From: a bacterium
GTDB lineage: Bacteria > SAR324 > NAC60-12
Direction of reading: 5' to 3'
Assembly: GCA_965233585.1 (NCBI GenBank)
Contig: CBDDTI010000030.1
Coordinates: forward strand, 1-38,079
Length of the DNA stretch: 38,079 nt
Every line of letters starts with the position of its first letter. Position 1 is the first letter of the stretch. The position numbers and the translations under genes were made by a program. Below, piece by piece: positions 30,085 to 38,079 of this stretch. A model generated the notes under the pieces. The model worked only from the letters and a program-made list of their open reading frames with translations. It had not been told where the DNA came from and made no database searches.

Positions 30085-32741
30085 TTAGATTCTTCTGGCC
30101 ATCTTTATGGTGAACCAATAAGCAATTTCAACAGCTGAGATGAAGCTGAACCCCATGCAAAGACCAAGAAGGCCACCAAGTTGGGAGATGAAGTCGATGA
30201 TTGTCATGCGAGGTTGTCGAACATACTCAAAGGCTGTTGATGACTCAAAGAAAAAGGTCACCAGGGCAATGTCCTTTTCGTATGCATTGTGAGTCGGTTC
30301 TCTGGAATTGTCCTTCTTGAAGATGATGTCCTCTTGTTGGGTTTCTCCTTGGGTGCGTCGAATATTGGACTTGATGTCAGTAAAGGATAGGGGTAGGTCA
30401 GCCCCGTACTCTTCCTTAACACTCGCTCCCCAAACTGGAGGATTTATGATCCTCTTGCTCTCAAAGTTGCACAGTTCACTGATTCCAAAGTTCTTCCTGT
30501 CACACTTCCTGAAAGGGGCAGCTGACACAGAAGCTTCAATGAGAGTAGATGAGCAGTCTGGGAGGCAGTGAAGGCATTCAGAGTCAGGTACATCTCTGAT
30601 GTGGTCTGCAAATTCAAAGGCAACCCATGGATCACACATCTGGAGAGTGTTGTTCCTGATGGGAAAGTACCATGGGATGCAAGACCCATTCATCTTCTGA
30701 AGGCTGTAGTGAAGACTGCATTCCAACATGCAGTTAGACTGTGAGTACTTTTGGTGAAGCTCCAGCTCTTTCTCATGCTCAAAGTAACACTGCCTCTTTA
30801 CTGGGTCAATATTAGCAAGGTCCTCAGCAGATGTCACTTTAGTAGCTTTCAGTGACACCATATTTTCATGCCCTGGTCTAAGAAGCAAAGATTTCTTAAA
30901 GGTCAATGGGTATTGATTGCTGGACTCAACAATGGCAGAGAACCCTTGGACATCCTCCCTAACTGAGCTGCTAGCTACCTTTTCTGAATGAGCATCCAGG
31001 ATCACAGTTAACCCCTTGGACATTCCAGCCTGAGGCACAGGTCTCTTGCCATTCTCAAATGGATCCTCCCAGTTTGGTTTGAAATCATCAGGAAGGTCAG
31101 ATAGTTGGAAGCTGTACTTCCTGTCTCTCATTTGCATCTTGTCAATGATTCTGGTGAAGGGTCCCTCCCTGAACATGGTCTCTGCAGCTTCAAGGTTGAA
31201 GGTGCAGCACATTCCCCTGTCTGTAGGAGATGTCTTGAAGATCAAAGCACATGGTAATTCCTTACCCCTCCAGTAGCATGCTTTAAGCATTCCATGTTCC
31301 ATGTCCTTGGTTGATGTGGCTTCCTTCACATCAAAACATGGCTGCTGAGTATACCACAGCAGCTCAAACAGGCTCTCATAGCTCCCAGTCATGTTCATCT
31401 GTCTGAAGTTTTCTGAGATCTTTTGTTTTGCTTGCATGTGAAGTGCTTTGGCCTGCCTCCTCAACAGTTTATCAAAAACATAGGCAAGGGATGTTGGTTG
31501 GCTGTGTCCAGATTGCCTCTTCTCCCTTTTCTTACCTGAACCAACTGATGAGCATGCCCCCAATTTCTTGTGGCATATGTCCATGGTTTGGCCTTCAAAA
31601 TCATCCCCACATTTTGCCATTTCAAATCTAGTGTTTGTCCCATCAGGTTTGAAAGCCCTAAGGCCACAGAATGCAGTTGTATTTGGCAAGATCCCATCAG
31701 ATGAGGGGAGAGGTGGTCACTCACCTTCTCTAGAGTCTCCACAAAATAAAACTGACCTTCTGATTCAAAAGCATTCAACCAAAAACCAATGTCACCACTG
31801 CCACCAGGGTTGTCAAGGATGCCTGCAACAGTGTCAAATGTCCATAAAAAATGCCTCCTGAGAATCACCAATAACTTTACCTGGTTCACTCCCCATAAAG
31901 CTCTCAAAATCCTGAGTATAGTTACCCCCACCTCCAAAATCAATCCTTTTGCCTCCAACCTCAAGACAAGTGTCATGTTCAAAGTCCGTGAAACCTCTGG
32001 CCATGAAGCAGTGGGAGGATCCAGAAACTAGGCTTTTCCATCCAGAACCACAATCATTGTCAACATATCCATCAACATAATCATCACAAGGGTCTTGGCC
32101 TTTATTGACAGCAATCTGAAAAAAAAAATATGAAAGTCCTGTCCCATGAACACTAATTTGAAGATGTGGCTGGTTACCTCAGACTTCAATGTGGAGTCTG
32201 GATTCAATGATGCCATGGACTTGACAATCTTTTGAATAGGATCTTTTGCTCCAGGAAAAAGGTCCAATCTAAGTTGAAGAATGAGGTTGACCTTTTTCTC
32301 TAATGACACTGTGGTAATGTTCACATCTGGGTGAGAGGCTGCAACATAATCCATGAACTGCTTGTTCTCTGCCTTGTCAAGCACTTTCTGAATCCAACCT
32401 TGGCTACAAATAGTGATTGCTGGGTAGGCCAATTGACTGATTGACTTTCCTGTGGAATGGACTGATGTTATCACTGGGAAGGTCTGCCAAGCCACATATG
32501 CTTCAACAATCCAATAGATTGCCAAGGTGATGGTTGATGCAAAGACCAGAGTCCAGAGGAAGCGCTCCCACCAGATAAGCTTGACATCACAGGCATAGCT
32601 GATGCCATGTATGCTGGTGATTTCGGCAAACTCATGAAAGGTGTTGCTGATGGTCTTCTTTACATTCTTGTTGTCTACTTTGTTGGACTTTGGAGGGTAA
32701 TAAATAGCAGGTTTTGACTCTAATTGTTTGCTAGACTGCAT
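30085..32741 (-). CDS. DEG/ENaC (pickpocket-like) sodium channel
   Basis: TSIHGISY gating motif, TM1, YPAITIC, TDRGMCCTFN, Cys-rich thumb, DFISQLGGLLGLCMGFSFIS TM2. Introns 32177-32116 and 31880-31823; one apparent 1-nt frameshift near 31705. Confidence 0.9.
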
Positions 32742-33739
32742 TTTGCATATCCAACCTTTCCAACCAAGGGTTCATCAATGACTGAATGATATTTGATTTT
32801 TGATAACAAATCAATTTGCTGGTATATGCTATTTATTGCCATTTCATGTACTCACCCACAGAAAAGCAAATTTATGAGTATTTAAAACTGAAAGCTAAAA
32901 TTGCAAAAAATGTGGATAGTTTGATGAGTTGATTGAGGCAAGTGTAAACATCACAAAGTTTCATTTGGCCTTGCAGACAATTCTGATTAGGTGCCACAAT
33001 GTGCAGGATATTTCAGGAATACTCAAGGAATATTCCAAAAATTACTTCATAAATCAGCTGTTGCTCATGAGCAGAATATTCAATGGAATATTCACCTGTA
33101 TGCAGCTGTTTGTCATGTTATTGTTCCATTTCTAATGGAATATTCCATGAATATTTTGCAGGTTAGACCACCACATAAAGGTTATGCAAATTGATAATTC
33201 TATCATGCCTGATCATAATTATACTGGTATGACCAATTATTTGTGTTTTTTTTTTTGCTTGAATTCTTAATTGCTTGTCATTTTCAAAGTAATGGCCATC
33301 AATAAAAACATGATTGTATGTGAATTTGCCACTGCCAGCTGTCACTCGGCATTTGGACATTGGTCAACTGCCATTAGACCAATTTGACCGTCAAAGTGGG
33401 ACCCTCATATCTTTTGCAAGAGACCACAATATTAATTAGCAACACAGGAAGTGTTGATATCACTAAAGGTATTGTTTAATTTATTAATAATTAGATATAA
33501 TTATAATAAATTAGATGAAACTGTTTAACATTGGTAAATCATTGTATTGTCCTTGCAATTAGTCAATCTTATAAGTTATACAACTTCTTTTCAGATCACT
33601 ACTTGTGGTGATCACTACTTGAGGACAGCCCACCCAAATCCCAGCCCCCATCCAGCCCACCTGCTTGCCCTCAAAGCTTCCTAAATCTAGACGAACCTTC
33701 GAAACAATTGAGCTTATGTCCACATGATTAATTTGTTTT

Positions 33740-34150
33740 CAGTAGAAGCCACAATGTGGGCAGCAATGATGTCAATGTCATCTTTCTGCCAAAGCACTTT
33801 AGATACGAACACACCCTGAAGCTCGGCTATCTCATCAACCTTGCTCCCAATCTTCGCACGCTGTCTATCATCATCATCAGATCCTTGTTCAACTCAAAGT
33901 TCTCCTGCTCCTACAACAGAATCTCTTCATTCACAAACACCTCGAGTGACACCTCATTATAATCATCTGATGAGTAAAGGTAACCTTTACTGGACGGGGG
34001 GGGAACTGGTGTGCTTCTGTTAACACTTCTTTTTCCTTCTTCCCTACTACGTGCTGTGCAAATCTTCATCACCCATGCTACCCATTTCTTCTTTCTGTTT
34101 TGGTCTTCGTTGCCTTGGGGTCTTTGACCTTCAGCCTTGAAAACCACAAC
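33740..34150 (-). pseudogene. Decayed partial copy of the syntaxin-18 3' exon
   Basis: NRSTPVPPPSSKGYLYSSDDYNEVS matches NRSTPVPPPSGTGYLYSSDDDNEVS of the intact gene, with stops and frameshifts. Confidence 0.85.
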
Positions 34151-34326
34151 ATTAGTGTCTGCAAGTATGTGTGTGATGTCTCCCCCTTTTTATGTAACAA
34201 GGCAACATTCAATATGTACACACCCACACAAAAAAGAAACAGAATCTTAGTGAAAACAACCAGAGGCTGTGCTAATTAACAAAAAATATTCATTTTCAGA
34301 AAAGATATCACAGTTGTCAGACAGAA

Positions 34327-35453
34327 TCATTCATTGTACCAGTCCAAGAACAACAGAGAAAATGACATGACCAGGAGGAAGAACAGAATGTATACCCTGA
34401 TGCTGGCGTTCCTTTGGATGGCCCGTCGAAGCTCCTCGTTGCCATCTTTGATGTTTTCAGTAGAAGCCACAGCGTGGGCAGCGATGATGTCAATGTCATC
34501 TTTCTGCTGTAGCACTTTGGATGTGAACACATCCTGGAGCTCGGCTATCTTAACAACCTTGCTCTCAATCTGTCGCACGCTGTCTTTCATCGTTATCAGA
34601 TCCTCGTACAACTTGACGTTCTCCTGCTCGAGCACCTGGACCTCTTCGGTTGAAAAGGCCTCGGGTGACACCTCATTATCATCATCTGACGAGTAGAGGT
34701 AACCCGTGCCAGAGGGAGGGGGAACAGGTGTGCTTCTGTTAAGGCTCTTCTTCTTCCTCCTCCTGTGCCGCGTGCTGGGCGAACCTTCATCATCGCCCTC
34801 GCTGCCAGTCTCTTCTTCCTCCGTGTTGGTCTTGGTCACTGTGGACCTCCTAGCTTTCACCTCCAACCTAGAGAACCTCTGCATCTCCAGCTCCTTTTCA
34901 ACTCGAATCGCCTTCTGCCTCGAGTGAATCTCGCAAACGGATCTTGAAGGAAATAAATTGTTCTTTTAAAAATGATTGCGCTATAATATCAGGAAACTAT
35001 CAAGTACCTTAAATAGTCATCTAAAATGTCCGTCACTGCCTCAAAATGTTTGATTCTCTGGCTCTTCATTCCCTTGATTTTTTCCTTTAAATCCGATTTG
35101 AATTTCGACAAAAGGGCGTTTATGGTTTTGACAAAATTTTGAGCCCCGGCGTCGATCTTGTCCCTGTCGATATCCGTGATGGCGTCGGCTAGACACTCGT
35201 TGTTCATAACATCAAGGTAAGCGTTCCGGTTTTCCCCTAAAAACTCCTTCAGGCGCGTCACATTCTCTACGATGATTCTGCCGCGGCTCTCAAAACTGTC
35301 GTCGTGTTTTCTCTTCTTGGACGTCGGGAGGATCCGATTCTTGTCAGGAACCGGGAAAAGATCCGGATGTTCACCCTCTGACGCCGAACTTTCATCAGCG
35401 TGCCTTTTCTTTGCCGCCTTAACGGCCTCTTTGAAACTAACCGTGCGATTCAT
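34327..35453 (-). CDS. STX18: Syntaxin-18 (ER Qa-SNARE), ~353 aa, two exons
   Basis: Exons 35453-35008 and 34942-34327. DRDKID, QKAIRV..SRLE, SNARE helix VRQIESKVVKIAELQ..ENIKDGNEELRRAI, and C-terminal TM ending LLFLDWY. Confidence 0.92.
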
Positions 35454-35913
35454 CGATTTATTTCGAAGTCTATCTTCGACTTTGCGGAATTTCCTCAAGG
35501 CGATTCCCCTTCCAGAAAAAAACAAAATCTTCGAATTTTAACAAAATCTAGATGTTTGACGTGTCTATCTTCCGTAATAGAACTGGGCAGAAAAAAATGA
35601 GACCATTGCTTTATTCCCAGATCCACGGTCGCAAAAAACACCATTTCACGTTTTAAAATAACCTCAGAGACCCCAAGGTTACCTCATCTTACACCGTCTC
35701 TTCGCTTTTAGAGAAGCGGTCGTATTTTTACAATAAGCATTTTTTAAGTAGTAAAATATTAAGTAGTAAATAAACGGTGCTGCTGTTCGCCGAAAAAATC
35801 GTGGAAAATTAAATCGACATCTTTGGGTGAAAAAAATGAGTGCGTTCATTTTAGTATTTCATTAACTTAACTGCATCTATTTTTGTTAACTCCAAATTTG
35901 GTTCCGGACGAAG

Positions 35914-36600
35914 ATGATGCGGCTAGCGCTAAGGTCTTTGCCCGCGTCGTGGGGATCGAGGGCGTTGTCGACGTCCGGATGCGACATGGTGATGTGGCCG
36001 GCCGCCTTCAAAGATCCCATTTTGCACAAAAAAGACATCAAGGGTGCCAAGGAATCCGGGGAATTCGAGATCAGGGTGATGAACCCGGTGAAAGCGGCTC
36101 CGGACGTCGCCACCTGCTCCCTGTTCAAGAACGAGAGGGCGGAGAAGTTCTATCGGCTGGTTCGGATGTACGCCGACAGGGAGGCGGCCGAGTGGCAGAT
36201 GCAGAGCACGTTCCGGCTCATGAAAAAGGCGCAGTTGGCGAAATGGCGCAAGACTTCCGCTGAGAAGCGCCATCAGGTGATTGTGGACCCCACCAAGCTC
36301 CTCCTGACGGCCCTGGACAACGCCCAGCCGCTCATGTGGCTAGAGAAGGTCAAGGTGGGTGCGGTGGAGTACACGGTACCGGTGCCAATCCTCAAGGAGC
36401 GAGCAGAGTTTGAGGCAATGAGGTGGATCATCAATTGTGCAAGGGACAGGGACAAGTCCAAGTCATTTTTCTTTGAAAAACTGTCCGAGGTCATCCTGGA
36501 GACGGCTGCCTACACGGGCAGGGTCATCCAAATCAAGGACGATCACCACAAGACTTGTGAAATCAACCGGGCCTACGCTCATTACCGGAGATCGAAATAA
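35914..36600 (+). CDS. MRPS7: Mitochondrial ribosomal protein S7 (uS7m)
   Basis: Presequence-like N-terminus, PVKAA, YTVPVPI, AMRWII, HHKTCEINRAYAHYR; divergent from STX18. Confidence 0.9.
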   Translation: MMRLALRSLPASWGSRALSTSGCDMVMWPAAFKDPILHKKDIKGAKESGEFEIRVMNPVKAAPDVATCSLFKNERAEKFYRLVRMYADREAAEWQMQSTFRLMKKAQLAKWRKTSAEKRHQVIVDPTKLLLTALDNAQPLMWLEKVKVGAVEYTVPVPILKERAEFEAMRWIINCARDRDKSKSFFFEKLSEVILETAAYTGRVIQIKDDHHKTCEINRAYAHYRRSK

Positions 36601-37522
36601 TTTATTACTATTCTTTTTTTATACGTAGATGCGAATAAAGTTTCATTCAGCCAAAGAATATCATCAAACATGGAGTCAATAGTGGTTTGAGTTTGGGCCG
36701 GAAGAAAATTTCTGACTTTTCGAGGGATCTAACATGGAATTCTTCTTTTCTCGTTTGCCATACGTGAATTGAGACGCAACAATTTTTAATGAGGTGGATC
36801 ATTCCTGCATGAAACGGAGAAAAGTCAAAGTCATTTTTCATTGAAAAACTAGTTGAGGTCATCCTGGAGAAACAGACAGGGTCATCCGAATCGAGGATGA
36901 TCACCACAAGACTTACAAAATCAACCAGTCCCATGCTCGTTACCGGAGAAGAAAATAATTTAAGATTTTTCTTCTTTTTTTTATGGGGAGTTGATAAAAG
37001 TTTTGATTCAACAAAAGAAAGTCATCATCGCACTCGGCATCGTTTACTCAAGCTTCAATAATAAGAAGTAGATGTTGGTCTGAGTTTGAGCCTGAAAAGA
37101 TAATCCATTTTGAAGGATCTAACGTGGCATTCTTCTTCTCCCCTTTGCTGGATGTGAATCGAGGCTTCAAGAAATTTTACTGAGGTGGATCATTGACACA
37201 TGAAACAGAGAAAAGCCAAAGTCAGTTTTCTTTGAAAAACCAGTTGAGGTAGTACTGGAGACGGATACCTACATGGGCGGGGTCATCAGAATCAGGGACA
37301 ATCACCACGAGACTTACGAAATCAACCGGTCCCACGCTCATTACCGGAGTTCTGAATAATTTATCATTTTTCTCTTTTTTAAAGGGGAGCTAATAAAAGT
37401 TTTGATTCCACAAAAGAAAGTCATCATTGCACCCTGCATCATTTATTCAAGCTTCAATAATAAAAAGTATATGTTGGTTTGAGTTTGAGCCTGAAAAGAT
37501 GGTCCATTTTGAAGGATCTAAC
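36600..37522 (+). pseudogene. Two decayed tandem copies of the MRPS7 3' end and downstream flank
   Basis: TGAGGTGGATCAT...TTACCGGAG recurs at ~36790-36950 and ~37181-37350, each followed by the repeated 3' flank. Confidence 0.85.
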
Positions 37523-37542
37523 CTCAAATTCTTATTTCAGAA

Positions 37543-38079
37543 ATGAGTGGGTTGAGAGTTCTTTTCCTCTGTGCTGGATATGGAACCAGGCTGCAACAAG
37601 ATCTGGAAAAAGATGAGAAATGGAACCATTTGAAGAATCTTCCAAAAGCTCTCCTTCCAATTGGTGGAAAACCCCTGTTGACCAGGTGGATGGAGATGCT
37701 TGAAGATTTGAGTGTTGAGGAGGTGGTGGTCATCACCAATGATGCATTCCTGGATCAGTTTGAAAGGTGGGCAAATGTTAGCGAGTGGATCCAAGTTGGT
37801 GGGAGACGGGTTGGTCTCGGAAAGAGAACTGAGAAGATGTTTGTGGTATCTGATGGGACCCTTTCTAATGAGACCAGGGTAGGGGCCATTGGGGACATGT
37901 TGCTCGGGATCAATTTTGAAACGGGGTGTGACATAGACAGGGTGCTTGTTGTGGCTGGTGACACTTTGTTCAGGACAGACTTTGACCTCAAAGGCTTCAT
38001 CATGGACTTCAAGGGTCATGGCCTTATCACTGAGTGTCCTACCAGGGAGGAGGAGGTTCATCTGAGGGGGATCATTGAG
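37543..38079 (+). CDS. Sugar-phosphate nucleotidyltransferase (NTP_transferase family), truncated by the window end
   Basis: Not in the ORF track. Reads MSGLRVLFLCAGYGTRL..LPKALLPIGGKPLL..VVVITN..DGTLSNETRVGAIGD..LVVAGDTLF. Confidence 0.88.
   Translation, partial: MSGLRVLFLCAGYGTRLQQDLEKDEKWNHLKNLPKALLPIGGKPLLTRWMEMLEDLSVEEVVVITNDAFLDQFERWANVSEWIQVGGRRVGLGKRTEKMFVVSDGTLSNETRVGAIGDMLLGINFETGCDIDRVLVVAGDTLFRTDFDLKGFIMDFKGHGLITECPTREEEVHLRGIIE

Noticed and set aside
35914..38079. Bacterial rpsG / nucleotidyltransferase contamination or HGT
   Set aside because: S7 has mitochondrial-type features and eukaryotic neighbours. There is no operon structure, and a splice acceptor precedes the ATG at 37543.

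Overview
Animal (probably invertebrate) nuclear genomic DNA with short GT-AG introns. Positions 1001-23886 hold an apparently intact ~22.9 kb Polinton/Maverick (adintovirus-like) endogenous virus bounded by ~540 bp near-identical terminal inverted repeats. It has the canonical core: protein-primed PolB, packaging ATPase, adenain-like protease, major and minor capsid proteins, and an rve integrase with chromodomain. Unusually, it also encodes its own TATA-binding protein and TFIIB homologues in tandem, head-to-head with the capsid gene. Its left-arm genes contain host-sized spliceosomal introns. One 1.3 kb PolB intron hosts a nested antisense GC-rich repeat ORF. The PolB N-terminal (putative terminal-protein) region is a separate ORF, and the penton is a tandem two-domain fusion. 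Host DNA to the right carries a DEG/ENaC channel gene, syntaxin-18, mitochondrial ribosomal protein S7 and the start of a sugar-phosphate nucleotidyltransferase, plus a tRNA-derived SINE and decayed tandem copies of gene 3' ends; small MITE-like repeats flank the element. All family assignments are from motif recognition by eye; no database searches were run.
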